Part shown: positions 37,741 through 48,127 of the stretch, one piece after another
Layout: each line of letters starts with the position of its first letter
How positions within the stretch are numbered: position 1 is the first letter of the stretch
Origin: a virus
IMG/VR virus record: IMGVR_UViG_3300035698_017305
Location: 1-64,000 of that record
Length of the DNA stretch: 64,000 nt
Reading direction: 5' to 3' (one strand)
Made by a program: the position numbers and the translations under genes
Notes under the pieces: model-generated
What the model was told of the DNA's origin: nothing
Seen by the model: only the letters and a program-made list of their open reading frames with translations
The model's database searches: none

Positions 37741-37950
37741 TTAGTTTCCACCCTCGATCTTGGGCACGAGCTGAATGGTGTCCTCTTCCCCGATCTGGAC
37801 AGTGGGGGAGGCTTCTTCACCGTTGAGCAAGACGCGGAATCCTGAGCGATCCAGTTGGGCAGCGGCCAGGGCATCCTGAATTGTAGCGCCCGGTTCCACT
37901 TCGACTTCTCTTGTGTTAGTACCCTGTTTCAACACTCTTACAGTGGCCAT
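37741..37950 (-). CDS. Ubiquitin-like (ThiS/MoaD beta-grasp) protein ending GG-N
   Basis: MATVRV...GATIQDAL...FRVLLNGEEA...IQLVPKIEGGN. Confidence 0.9.
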   Translation of the reverse strand: MATVRVLKQGTNTREVEVEPGATIQDALAAAQLDRSGFRVLLNGEEASPTVQIGEEDTIQLVPKIEGGN

Positions 37951-38060
37951 GTTTTCTCCTTCTTTCCCAGGTATGAATTGGGGTTTACGTTGACCCACTT
38001 ATGGCAGGCTTTTTCTTATATTCTCTACATGCTATACTCGGGGCGGAGGGTTATAATTCA

Positions 38061-40916
38061 ATGATTTATGTTCTCACATCTCGCCCTAGCGGTAAGGGGT
38101 GCAAGGCTATGCTCCAACGGGGTAAGTCTTTAGGCATTCCCATCAAAGTCATTACAGGCAACACCGCAATGAGTCCAGGTGACGTGGTATTTGTATACGA
38201 AGCCAAGAAGCCAGCACTCAACACTATCAAGAACAGAACTGATATCACTGTAGTTAATGGTGTTAGGTACAACAAGCAGGGCCAGTATAAGATTCTTGCC
38301 CCGGGCGGTGTACCTGTACCTAACTGGGCTCTGTTAAAGCCGGGCCAGAAAAACCGTTTCGATACAGTGGCTTTCCCCGCTATCATGAAACCCAACGTCG
38401 GGGGATACGCCCGTGGGGTTAAGCTGGTACCCTCAGCAGATAAGGCTAAGTCTATAAGGCTCAAGGAGAATATGATTCTCCAAGAGTATGTGGACTGTAA
38501 GGGGGAGTGTACCAGAGTCCTGATGGTTGGGGACGACCCAGCTATTGTTGTGACCAGGATAGCGCATGATGGGTACATAGCGGCATACGACTTTGGTCGG
38601 AAAGGTAAGTTGGAGTTCACACCCCTGACGGACAAAGAGCTGGAGATATGTATAAAGGCGTGTAAGCTTCTAAAGATCGAGATTGGTGGGGTAGATATCA
38701 TCCGGGACTCCAAAACAGGAGAGCCCTATATACTGGAGGTGAATCACTTCGCAGTACCCTTCTACCTCAAAGAGATGTATAAAGACGCTACAGATACTAT
38801 ATTGAGGTATCTACACAAATTGGAAAAGCCGAGAACTACCAATATCAAAAGGACGAAGGCCGTGCCTACTAAAACCTCTATCAAACCAGCTAAGCCGAGA
38901 GTGCTGTGGATCGTAGATAAGCCAGGGTGGTCCCATGACAACAAGACTGAGGCTATCACCCGTCAATTATCTGATGAGTTTGACTTTGATAAACAGTATT
39001 TGTACCAGTCAGGCAATGTCTACGACTACTCTAAGTACTCACACGTACACATCTCACTGTGGTATTGGCCCGTTCAGCATAAGGACTTCCCAAGACCCCC
39101 CGCAGACATCACTACAACTACCATCAGTAGCTGGCAGTCCTGGGAGAAGTATGGGAGGGCCAAGACAGCGGCTCATGTGAAACATCTGTATGGTGGAGCT
39201 GTTTGTGTGAACCGAGAGCTGTTTAATGAATTCTCTCCTATCATACCTAGGACCTACCACTGCCCCAATGGGGTAGATACCGAAATGTTTACACCAGGAC
39301 CCGCCACCTCAAACCCAAAGTTCACGGTAGGGTTTGCCGGTAACCCCTGGATGCACAAGGGGCGCAAGAAGTACTTCAAGCTGATTAAACCTGCGTTGGA
39401 CTCTTTGAAGAACGTGACTCTACGCACCGCTCTGGGTAAGTACCCATACAAGGACATAAAGCCTCATGCTGAGATGCCCGCGTTTTACCAATCACTGGAT
39501 GCTTACGTCCATGCCGCTGGGGGCAAGTGGGATACAGCCCCTAACCCAGTGTTGGAGGCCGCTGCCTGTGGAATCCCGATAATTATCTCCCCAGTGGGTG
39601 ATTGGAAAGAGTTGTTTGTGGATGGTGAAACCGCGTTGGTGCTGCCTACTGACCCCAATCCTAAGGATATAGTTAATGCTATCAATAGGTTAGCTGGGGA
39701 TAAGAAGCTACAGCGCAAGCTAGCTATTGGGGCTAGGTTCGTAGCAGAGAAGCTTAGCTGGAGTGGGTTGGCTGAGAAGTATAGAAAAGTGTTTAAGGCG
39801 CACAACAGGCCACGGGGAGTTATAAAACCATCCAAGACTAGAACAGGGCTATCCTTAAAGGACAGGTTGGGTAGAAGGGATGCTATGAAGACAACTCTAC
39901 CCACGTTAAATAGTAAGATTAAGAAGTCCCCCAAGGCACAGGTCATAAAATCAAAACCACGCATAGGATTGCTAGTTGATTATAAAGGGTGGGCCTGGGA
40001 TATCAATGCCCATAACATAGCTAAGCACCTATCTCAGTACTACGACTTTGACATATACTATACATCCGGTGGGGGTGGTGGTCGAATACTGTTCCCCGGA
40101 CTAGACCTAGTGCTGTGTTTCAGAATAGATGAGACGCAACGACGAGGTGGTTACGTTAGAAGGATACCTGCCCATAAAAGGTTAGCATCCATATCCAGTT
40201 TTACCAACAAGGTGGCCAAACGGATACTGTCTGATAACAAGGAAGGGGCAAAGTTCCTACGTAACAGTTATGCTGGGGTGGGGGCTGTGTCCAGGGAACT
40301 CGCCGACTTCATTAAACCCTACCACAGACGCGTATACTACATCCCTAGGGGGGTTGAGACAGACCATTTCTTACAGGCTCCTAGGCCAAACGGTAAGAAG
40401 CTAGTGGTGGGTTGGGTAGGGACCCGGGACAGGGCCAACAAAGTGTACCCAGCATTTGAATTAGCTAAGAAGCATCTCGGTGACAAGTTCATTTGGTCTC
40501 CCAGGACAGAGAGTAGGGGGAACCCGGGCAGTCCCAAGTTGACCCATGAGGATATGGCCACCTACTACAGTAAGCTGGATGTGCTAGTTCACACAGCGTG
40601 CCATGACGGCACTCCTAACCCTATCTTTGAAGCTGCCTCATCTGGAGTCTGCATCGTTAGCACCCCGGTCGGGTCAGCCCAGGAGTTTATGCGGGATGGG
40701 GTTAACTGTCTAAAGCTAGAAAATGGGGGCAAGAGGGACATCGCAAGGTCTTTGGTAACTGCGTTAGAAAAGCTAGATGGCAACAGAGAACTAGTTGATA
40801 GGTTCGGTAGGACTGCCTCCAGAGAGATGAGAGATAATTGGGACTGGGAGAAGATCATACCGTTGTACAAACGGATGTTCGACCAATCCCTAACCCGAAG
40901 AAAGGGAGTAAGGTAA
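38061..40916 (+). CDS. RimK-like ATP-grasp + two GT4-type glycosyltransferase domains
   Basis: IMKP..G....GV, LQEY, GGVD, LEVN; two (W/G)..PNP..EAA..G motifs; start placed at MIYVL. Confidence 0.85.
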   Translation: MIYVLTSRPSGKGCKAMLQRGKSLGIPIKVITGNTAMSPGDVVFVYEAKKPALNTIKNRTDITVVNGVRYNKQGQYKILAPGGVPVPNWALLKPGQKNRFDTVAFPAIMKPNVGGYARGVKLVPSADKAKSIRLKENMILQEYVDCKGECTRVLMVGDDPAIVVTRIAHDGYIAAYDFGRKGKLEFTPLTDKELEICIKACKLLKIEIGGVDIIRDSKTGEPYILEVNHFAVPFYLKEMYKDATDTILRYLHKLEKPRTTNIKRTKAVPTKTSIKPAKPRVLWIVDKPGWSHDNKTEAITRQLSDEFDFDKQYLYQSGNVYDYSKYSHVHISLWYWPVQHKDFPRPPADITTTTISSWQSWEKYGRAKTAAHVKHLYGGAVCVNRELFNEFSPIIPRTYHCPNGVDTEMFTPGPATSNPKFTVGFAGNPWMHKGRKKYFKLIKPALDSLKNVTLRTALGKYPYKDIKPHAEMPAFYQSLDAYVHAAGGKWDTAPNPVLEAAACGIPIIISPVGDWKELFVDGETALVLPTDPNPKDIVNAINRLAGDKKLQRKLAIGARFVAEKLSWSGLAEKYRKVFKAHNRPRGVIKPSKTRTGLSLKDRLGRRDAMKTTLPTLNSKIKKSPKAQVIKSKPRIGLLVDYKGWAWDINAHNIAKHLSQYYDFDIYYTSGGGGGRILFPGLDLVLCFRIDETQRRGGYVRRIPAHKRLASISSFTNKVAKRILSDNKEGAKFLRNSYAGVGAVSRELADFIKPYHRRVYYIPRGVETDHFLQAPRPNGKKLVVGWVGTRDRANKVYPAFELAKKHLGDKFIWSPRTESRGNPGSPKLTHEDMATYYSKLDVLVHTACHDGTPNPIFEAASSGVCIVSTPVGSAQEFMRDGVNCLKLENGGKRDIARSLVTALEKLDGNRELVDRFGRTASREMRDNWDWEKIIPLYKRMFDQSLTRRKGVR

Positions 40917-41986
40917 TGGGAAACATACGACTATTAGTTCTGGGAATGAACCGTAAGTGGTTTACGAGAAGGTCTACAGACTTTGACGATTCAGTTAACA
41001 CTGACCTACTTGAAAAGCATGGCATAGATGCCTTTGTCATAGGCCCTGGACATGGTGAAGTGCCACGTTCCTTTAAGGAGGTACTAACCATCATGGGGGG
41101 ACCCCCAGATGTAATCATCACCTCCGCTGTCTGGAAGTCCCAGTACTGGCGTAAAGGAGACCCCAGGAAGAGGTTGGTAGAAAAACTAATAGGGGCTACC
41201 CCTCTTCAGTTTGAGAACTTCAATAGGATCTGGGAAGAGGTCATGGCCTCTGAATCCCTATTCAAGATCGCTAGAATCGAACATGACTTCTGGTTGAAAA
41301 AGGATTCAGGTAGTGTGGTGGCGCAGCCACAGGCTGACTACAGGATAATCAACCCATACGCCTCCCCGTCTATGCTGGGGGATATATCCAGGTTCTGGCC
41401 CAATGCAAGGGTGTACTTTTTGCCCTTCAGTGTGAAGCCGGAGTTTATCAGGGACGTTAACCCGCCCAATAAGATATGGGATGTGTGCGTGCCGGGTAAG
41501 GGTAATCTAGGGCACCCATTGTACCCCTACCGTGGGCCTATGAGAGCCATAATGACGTCCTCAGGATTCTCTTATCCACCGTACAGTAACTCCACGGGTA
41601 AGCGACCGACTCAATGGGATTTCTTTAACCTCATGCGTGCCAGCAGGATGGTGGTGTTTAGTGGCACTAATTGGAAGGTACCGATAAAGAAATTCTCCGA
41701 GTCATTGGCTTCCGGGTCCTTGGTACTGGCTCATCCAGGTCTCAAGATATACAAGGATCTAGGGATAGTACACGGTAGACATTTCATACAGTGTCCTATA
41801 GATGAGGCGGAAAGTACGGTTAAGAGGTTCCTAGATAAGCCTAGGCTGCGGGAGAAGGTGGCTGCGGCGGGTAAGAAGTTCTTTATAGAAAACCTATCAC
41901 AGGACGTAGTGACCGAGAGGTGGTTTGTCCCATTAGTCCATGAGATACATGGGGAGAGTGAAGTTAATATTAGAGGTAAGCTATGA
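40916..41986 (+). CDS. GT-B glycosyltransferase-like protein (CgeB/YkvP-like C-terminus)
   Basis: KKFSESLASGSLVL...GIVHGRHFI; start coupled to upstream stop. Confidence 0.65.
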   Translation: MGNIRLLVLGMNRKWFTRRSTDFDDSVNTDLLEKHGIDAFVIGPGHGEVPRSFKEVLTIMGGPPDVIITSAVWKSQYWRKGDPRKRLVEKLIGATPLQFENFNRIWEEVMASESLFKIARIEHDFWLKKDSGSVVAQPQADYRIINPYASPSMLGDISRFWPNARVYFLPFSVKPEFIRDVNPPNKIWDVCVPGKGNLGHPLYPYRGPMRAIMTSSGFSYPPYSNSTGKRPTQWDFFNLMRASRMVVFSGTNWKVPIKKFSESLASGSLVLAHPGLKIYKDLGIVHGRHFIQCPIDEAESTVKRFLDKPRLREKVAAAGKKFFIENLSQDVVTERWFVPLVHEIHGESEVNIRGKL

Positions 41987-42711
41987 ACCTGATCTTGACT
42001 AGCTACTTCACGGGCAGTGACAATCCTATGTTTGGGGCTAACAAAAAAGGACTGCATAGAATTCAGCAGCACTCCCCTGACCAGTTCGCTCTGATGGAGA
42101 GTTGGTATAGATCGGTGGAGAGGCATGGGTTGAGCGCAGTTGTCCTGCATGATGAGCTGTCGGACGCCTTCGTGGAGAAGTACTCTACTGATCAGATCTC
42201 ATTCCTTCGCACCCCTCTTCAACACCCCCACCTATCCATTAACGAGGAAAGGTTCATACTTTGGAGGAAATTCCTTCTGGAAAAGGGGGACGTTGAGTAC
42301 GCCCTTCTAACTGATTTATTTGATGTTCATTTTCTTCGGGACCCTTTCCCCTTCATGGAAGAGCATCCTGAGTCTGGTTTGTTCACAGGGGACATCCAGG
42401 GTAAGCTACTTAGTGACCGGAAGGGTAAGTACACCTACACTCAGATCGTAAAACTGTTCGATGACTTCCCTTACTGGGACAATCCCAAACTAGGAGCCGG
42501 TACGGTGGGGGGAAGCAGAGAGAACTTGCTGAAACTGTTGGGGGGCATGGAGCAGTTGTTCCTCCACTTTAGGCAACCCAGAACTGATATGGCTGTGTTC
42601 AACTACTGCGCCTATTCCCTATTTGGTGGCCGCATCTTCTGTGGTCCTCCATTTAACAGCCCCTTCGGGGGATATGTTACGGGTGGGGACTTCATCGTGG
42701 TTCACAAGTGA
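41983..42711 (+). CDS. Putative GT-A glycosyltransferase
   Basis: LLTDLFDVHFLRDPF, G..GG, DMAVFN. Confidence 0.55.
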   Translation: MNLILTSYFTGSDNPMFGANKKGLHRIQQHSPDQFALMESWYRSVERHGLSAVVLHDELSDAFVEKYSTDQISFLRTPLQHPHLSINEERFILWRKFLLEKGDVEYALLTDLFDVHFLRDPFPFMEEHPESGLFTGDIQGKLLSDRKGKYTYTQIVKLFDDFPYWDNPKLGAGTVGGSRENLLKLLGGMEQLFLHFRQPRTDMAVFNYCAYSLFGGRIFCGPPFNSPFGGYVTGGDFIVVHK

Positions 42712-42718
42712 GGAACAT

Positions 42719-43636
42719 ATGATTATATACACGCCATTGCTTAATGAGATGCCGTGGACTCCGTTCCTACTACGTAGTCTGCTAGATCATGACTGCCCTA
42801 TAGTACTGGCTGAGGGGAGGTCTGATTGGTTAAGTGGGATGGACACATCCAAGGATCCTTTTGAAGCCGCCCGTAGTGATGATGGTACTTGGGAGCTGTG
42901 TAAGCACTTCGCTAAGACTTGGCCGGATAGGGTTACACTGAGATACAACGACCCAGGGGAACAAAAGGTTACCTCAGGTAGGGAGAAGCGCAGACCTAGA
43001 CATCTCCACAGAGAGTATGCCTTCTCCCAGATTAAGAACGGGGATTGGCTTCTGACTTTGGATGGCGATAGTTTCTTCTATCCACCCGACATTCCTAAGC
43101 TAAAAAAGCTTATGGGGGCCAAGGAGAACAAGGAAGTGTTGCAGGTACTAGTGGCACAGAAGGTGTTCGTCCTGAACTTCCAGACGTATGTAACTAAGAA
43201 GAAGGTTCCAGGATTGGTTAGTACGTGGGCGTCCTTGTGGCCACTCATTTACCGTAAGGATCCTAGGGTTACTATCCCTATAGGGGATGAGCTGTACAGG
43301 TCTCTTACAGGTAGGCGGATAGTTAAAACTGGATGGCAGAGTAAGGAGTCTTTGCAAAGTGGAGTGGTGCGCCCCAACCCTCATGCTCTAATAGACAGGG
43401 GGATACAGTTCTTCCACTACAAAGGGGTTAAGAAGACGCACAACAGGCGTCTAAGGTATGGAAGAGCGGGAGGGGAAGCATTTGTGGAGCACCCATTAGA
43501 GGCTCCTTATCTCCACCCATATGACGGGCCACACCCAGCCTTGCTTGATACTCACCCGTGGAGGAATGTACCGGATGTTAGAAAAGAAGACCCCAGTTTT
43601 GATTGGCGTGACTACGCTTACCTACTGGATAGATAA
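42719..43636 (+). CDS. GT2-like glycosyltransferase
   Basis: LLNE, EG..SDDGT, DWLLTLDGDSF, FFHY; start re-placed at MIIYT. Confidence 0.7.
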   Translation: MIIYTPLLNEMPWTPFLLRSLLDHDCPIVLAEGRSDWLSGMDTSKDPFEAARSDDGTWELCKHFAKTWPDRVTLRYNDPGEQKVTSGREKRRPRHLHREYAFSQIKNGDWLLTLDGDSFFYPPDIPKLKKLMGAKENKEVLQVLVAQKVFVLNFQTYVTKKKVPGLVSTWASLWPLIYRKDPRVTIPIGDELYRSLTGRRIVKTGWQSKESLQSGVVRPNPHALIDRGIQFFHYKGVKKTHNRRLRYGRAGGEAFVEHPLEAPYLHPYDGPHPALLDTHPWRNVPDVRKEDPSFDWRDYAYLLDR

Positions 43637-43647
43637 AGAGGATTACG

Positions 43648-44187
43648 ATGGGTAAATTGGAGAGGTATGTTCAGTCACCCAACAGGTTAGACTCCTACAG
43701 GTACCAAGCCATTAAAAGGATATGCAGTGGGCTGTATACCACTGGTAGTACTGCACTGGAGGTCGGCCCAGCAGATGGCACCTTTGCCAGACTGATATCT
43801 GATTTAGGGTTTACCACCACAGCGGTAGACATGGAGAGGAACCCGCAGGTCAGGACTGAAAAGAGAAACGCATACGAGTATGTTATTGTCCCCGGTGGGA
43901 TAGAGAAGTTTGACCATACCCCGTTTGATCTCGTCCATGCTGGGCAAATGCTGGAGCATGTACCCGATCCTTATGAAGTACTATCCCATATCAAGCAATT
44001 GGTTAGGGGGCATATGATCATGACAGTACCGAACTTTCAGATAAAGAGCGGTGAGCACCTAACGGTGTTTACTAAAGAATCAGCTATGGACCTGTTCTCT
44101 AGTTGCTTTGAGGTGACCCACTCAGAAGTGGTGAGGGACCCCAGGAAACATAAAGAGGATTATGTCCTAGTTGGGAGGCCAATATGA
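43648..44187 (+). CDS. Class I SAM-dependent methyltransferase
   Basis: ALEVGPADG, FDLVHAGQMLEHVPDP, TVPN. Confidence 0.9.
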   Translation: MGKLERYVQSPNRLDSYRYQAIKRICSGLYTTGSTALEVGPADGTFARLISDLGFTTTAVDMERNPQVRTEKRNAYEYVIVPGGIEKFDHTPFDLVHAGQMLEHVPDPYEVLSHIKQLVRGHMIMTVPNFQIKSGEHLTVFTKESAMDLFSSCFEVTHSEVVRDPRKHKEDYVLVGRPI

Positions 44188-45209
44188 GCCCTGTTATATC
44201 CAAGAGTGAGCCAGACATTCTAGCACTCCATGCCGCTGGAGGCAGTGGACACTCCGGTGCTTTTCTAAACTATGTAAAGAGACACCATCCAAACTTCTGG
44301 TCCAGGATAGGGATGCGGCGGTTCAACATGTCCAAGGATGCAGCACGAACTGATACGTTTCCGTGTGTGGCTGATAAGTACAAGCTCCTGCTACTATGGT
44401 CCCGTGACAGTCTAGGTCTCACTAACCCAGTACTGCTACAGAGGCTGATGGAGCTGGAGGCTAGAGCTTCCACTAAAGGTGTACCATTCATTAACCCACC
44501 TTCAGCATCTGACTCCACCTCCCGTACAGAGCAGTGCCGGATTTGGTATGAGTATTCTCTGCCCGGCGCTGTAGTTCAGGTATGCCCACGAACACTGGAG
44601 GGGTTCAAACACTTCGGTGACACCTATGGCTGGCCATTCATCATAAAGCGTAACTGGGGGCACGGTGGGGGTGACCACGTACAGCTTATAAGCTGCATTG
44701 AAGACGTGAACCTAGAGTCTATGGTAACTGATCGTGTTTGCATTCAATATGTGGAAACTAAGGGACAAGATGGGCTGTATAGGAAGTACAGAGCTGTCGT
44801 GGTGGGTAATCAAGTCATACCTGCTCATGTACAGATATCTAAAACGTGGATGGTAAATTCCGGATCTCAGGATGTTCCCAGCCAGCTTCTGTCTCAAGAG
44901 ACCAAGGAGTATGTGGATGATGACATGCTACCTCACCTACGCTACAACCTGAAGCTGGCGGTACACACACTAGGCTTGACCATAGGGGCGGTGGACTATT
45001 CCTTTGACGCTAAACACGGTTTGGTGCTGTGGGAGGTCACGCCCTGTTTTTCTTTAGCTGACACTATTAAAAGGTATGGATCCGCTGTGTCTAACCGAGT
45101 GTGTGAGGCTATCTACCGGCATTACAAGACTACGTTGGGGGAAGAGTTTAAGGACTTTGAGCTAAAAAGGAAGTGGCCGTTAGACCACCCCTTTTTGTTA
45201 CGCAGCTAA
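44184..45209 (+). CDS. ATP-grasp-fold protein, paralog of 53084-54103
   Basis: PFIIKR..GHGG, IQYV, YRKYR..VVG, GAVDY, WEV. Confidence 0.75.
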   Translation: MSPVISKSEPDILALHAAGGSGHSGAFLNYVKRHHPNFWSRIGMRRFNMSKDAARTDTFPCVADKYKLLLLWSRDSLGLTNPVLLQRLMELEARASTKGVPFINPPSASDSTSRTEQCRIWYEYSLPGAVVQVCPRTLEGFKHFGDTYGWPFIIKRNWGHGGGDHVQLISCIEDVNLESMVTDRVCIQYVETKGQDGLYRKYRAVVVGNQVIPAHVQISKTWMVNSGSQDVPSQLLSQETKEYVDDDMLPHLRYNLKLAVHTLGLTIGAVDYSFDAKHGLVLWEVTPCFSLADTIKRYGSAVSNRVCEAIYRHYKTTLGEEFKDFELKRKWPLDHPFLLRS

Positions 45210-46235
45210 GCCAGCAGCCTCTAGCTTGATGAGGTTGTAGGCCATAGCTTTCTTGCTGGCCCCGTCATCAAACCACGCTGATTGGTAGCGTTTCCCGTCA
45301 TCGGAACCACGGTGGTGGTCCAGGTATTCAACGATAGCGTTGTAACCCCCCCACCATGTTCCATGGATTCTGTCCGACCCAAACCCAGCCCCCTCGTGCA
45401 GGCCGAGGATAGAATCCCAGATGTTTTGGGTCCGTGCTGACGCTTCCCCTTCCTCAGGTTCCGGCCAAATTCTCTTAATCACCCTGAACAAACGCTCGTT
45501 GGTCATGTTGGATCCTGCCAACTGGAGGAATTCACCCTGCATATTCCCGAATATGACATCACTACCCCTGACCATATCTTGCATGTCGCCCATTCGTTGG
45601 AGGGCACCTGACCTATGGACTATCCTGAAGAGGCGGGAACCGGTGCGTAGGGCGGTCATGAGCATGTTTGTGCAGGTGACCCTGATAGCTGTTAGTGACA
45701 TCCACAAAGCCCCAGTTCCACCATGCGCGTTAGTTACCATGACATACTTGGTAAGCTGATCTCCACGAACATCCATGGACCCGCCGGGGTATTGGAACAT
45801 CATGAATACCTTCTTACCGTTAGCGTAGTGACCAGCTACTGCCGGGATCATGCCCATCGCTATGAGCTCGTTGGCAATTCCGACCAGCATGCCATTCTGG
45901 ATTGGGATGTACCGTTCTGTCACGGTTCCCAGGGAGATGGGTGGGTGGTTAGGCCCTAGGTCCCGGATGATTTTGTAGTCTCCGTCATGGATGACTTGGG
46001 TCTTAACCTCCGTTTCAACCCACTCACCATTCTCATCAACAGTGGTGGGCGCAGTCTGTTTGAATGGGTAGTACAGGGGCATTTTCGTTACATCCCAGTT
46101 CAACCCAGCCGTCTCTAGAAGTTGCGCTCCAGTCCCCACCCCTCTCAGGTTGGTGGCGGATGAATGGTCTGACTCTTCTAAAGCCAAAGGTAGCCAGTTT
46201 TCAATAGGTTCATTCTCTGGTCTTTCAAAGGACAT
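45198..46235 (-). CDS. DUF932 family phage protein
   Basis: LNWDV, LGTV..RY.PIQN, YVMVTNAHGG, RVTCTN, GTWWG.YNA..EYLDH. Confidence 0.85.
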   Translation of the reverse strand: MSFERPENEPIENWLPLALEESDHSSATNLRGVGTGAQLLETAGLNWDVTKMPLYYPFKQTAPTTVDENGEWVETEVKTQVIHDGDYKIIRDLGPNHPPISLGTVTERYIPIQNGMLVGIANELIAMGMIPAVAGHYANGKKVFMMFQYPGGSMDVRGDQLTKYVMVTNAHGGTGALWMSLTAIRVTCTNMLMTALRTGSRLFRIVHRSGALQRMGDMQDMVRGSDVIFGNMQGEFLQLAGSNMTNERLFRVIKRIWPEPEEGEASARTQNIWDSILGLHEGAGFGSDRIHGTWWGGYNAIVEYLDHHRGSDDGKRYQSAWFDDGASKKAMAYNLIKLEAAGLAA

Positions 46236-46293
46236 GATCTACTCCTTATGTTTACTTAGTATTCTTTTGACAGAATTAGGGCCTCGATTACTC

Positions 46294-46323
46294 TTGACAT
46301 CACTATGCAATCACCTCTACAAT
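46294..46323 (+). promoter_or_regulatory. Sigma70-type promoter
   Basis: TTGACA-N18-TACAAT in a divergent intergenic region. Confidence 0.55.
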
Positions 46324-46568
46324 TCTAGGTATACAATACTTGCTTGAGGAGTTGGTGCATTGGAAACAAATTGGACAAAGGCTCGCAAGGCTGGAAATGA
46401 TAATGCGCTTATCAGGACACACTTCCCTAGGCGGGCTGTAAGGCTGCGCCCACAGAGTCGCTCAATAGTTGATATCCTTACTATTTACGTCCCAGTAATA
46501 GCTGGGCTAGTCGGTACAGCCGGATAGAGTTCTTAGTAAACCATACCAAGAAAGGGGGGCGCACAGAG

Positions 46569-46808
46569 ATGAAAACGCCCGGAGAATTGCAAACTGAGTT
46601 GCTAGATTTACCTGGGGTTGTCTTCGCTTCCGTGAAGGCATCTCAACGTGTTGGGGCTATGGCTGTGTACATCGGTACTAGCATCGAAGAAGAAGATGCA
46701 GCCGGTCTCATCCGTGAACTGTTGGGGCAATACCCTAACCACGACTTCGGTGTACAGATTGTACGTGGGGAGACCAGCCTACGATTTAACCGAGGATTGG
46801 TGAATTAA
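46569..46808 (+). CDS. Small hypothetical protein
   Basis: 79 aa; coupled to next gene. Confidence 0.6.
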   Translation: MKTPGELQTELLDLPGVVFASVKASQRVGAMAVYIGTSIEEEDAAGLIRELLGQYPNHDFGVQIVRGETSLRFNRGLVN

Positions 46809-47017
46809 TGCAAGGGTCCAAGGTACCAGCACCACTGTGTCCGAATCCTTTATGCCGCAATCAGTTCACCATACGAGTGAAGACTGTGGCAGGTGGGAAG
46901 CGCGCTGAATACATCTGTCCTAAATGCGCGGAGTCTTTTGAGATTCCTCGTGTTGTTATGGGGGAACCCAACCTAAAAAGAAGGGGGAGCACCATTGGCT
47001 CTCCCCCCTCTGACTAA
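46808..47017 (+). CDS. Small Zn-ribbon protein
   Basis: CPNPLC...CPKC. Confidence 0.6.
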   Translation: MQGSKVPAPLCPNPLCRNQFTIRVKTVAGGKRAEYICPKCAESFEIPRVVMGEPNLKRRGSTIGSPPSD

Positions 47018-47664
47018 CTGAACAGGTTGTAGGCAGTCATCTTCATGTCTTTCAACGTGAACATGTATCCTAGGTACTCGTCGTTGTCTATAAACCGGCA
47101 TATAGCCTCAGCCATCATACCCACAGTGAAGTGTACTAGGTTACGCGCAAGTGGGTACTCACACACATCCAGTCCGTCCTCTTCAACAGCGGGTCGTTTA
47201 AACCTAGGGTTCCAATACACCTCGGAGTAACCTTGAGCGGCCATCCCTCCGTGTAAGCAGGGCACCACACCATTTCCGCATGTGTCATGGATTAGTTGCC
47301 GGGAGTCCCAGTTGTCAAACGCATCCACCACAAGGCGGTTGCCCCTAAGTATCTTGAGTGCGTTCTTTTCAACCAGCCTACACGTCTCTATCACAGGTTT
47401 AACCCGGTATGCTTGGTAGATCATAGCCTGCATCACAGCAGCTTTGTTCTTCCCAATGAACCTCCTTTCAAAGTTCTGGTTACCTAGGTTATGAGATTCT
47501 ATCTTGTCATCATCCAGGAACCTGACGTTATTAAACCCCAGTTGGTACAGGATAGGAATTAGGTTTGACCCTAAAGCCCCCACGCCACACACCATTATCT
47601 GTGAGTTCTTTCTTCGTGTCAGGTCACCTCGATACAACTCCTCATGGGTTAGGGCATCCGCCAT
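47014..47664 (-). CDS. ThiF/E1-like activating enzyme (set 2)
   Basis: CGVGALGS, LDDDKIESHNLGNQ, DAFDNWDSR, CEYP. Confidence 0.9.
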   Translation of the reverse strand: MADALTHEELYRGDLTRRKNSQIMVCGVGALGSNLIPILYQLGFNNVRFLDDDKIESHNLGNQNFERRFIGKNKAAVMQAMIYQAYRVKPVIETCRLVEKNALKILRGNRLVVDAFDNWDSRQLIHDTCGNGVVPCLHGGMAAQGYSEVYWNPRFKRPAVEEDGLDVCEYPLARNLVHFTVGMMAEAICRFIDNDEYLGYMFTLKDMKMTAYNLFS

Positions 47665-48127
47665 TTTTCCCTCTTATCTGCGGTAGACATGCCTGTCCGA
47701 GTATGGAGGCCCCTTCAAAGTAAAGGTTTCGTCCACGCATGGATAGCAGATCTATGCGGTTGTGGATTTGAATTGGTTGCTTATCCGGCAGGGGTAGAAA
47801 CAGGAAACACCCTATGGTTTGGAAGTCACCAGACGCTGATGCGATGATACATAGCAACGGTCTTCCCAATGCTATTGCCCACCCTGAGTGAGTCCTATGG
47901 TCTGTAGCACTCCAGTGCACGCCCCCACCCGGTGGATGCGTATGCAAGAAGCCAATGAAGTCACTGTGGGGTACAGACAGTTCGTGCAGTCTTTCCATAG
48001 TGACTTCAAAGTCGAAGTTAGCCGGTCCGTTGTCAGTGTAATCAATAGGTATCTTCTGGAGGAGGTGCTCAGCATCTATAGCCTCAGCGAAGTGCAAGGT
48101 CCATCCTAGTTCCCGGAACCTAGTCAT
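47642..48127 (-). CDS. JAB/MPN peptidase (set 2)
   Basis: GFLHTHPPGGGVHWSATD. Confidence 0.8.
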   Translation of the reverse strand: MTRFRELGWTLHFAEAIDAEHLLQKIPIDYTDNGPANFDFEVTMERLHELSVPHSDFIGFLHTHPPGGGVHWSATDHRTHSGWAIALGRPLLCIIASASGDFQTIGCFLFLPLPDKQPIQIHNRIDLLSMRGRNLYFEGASILGQACLPQIRGKNGGCPNP

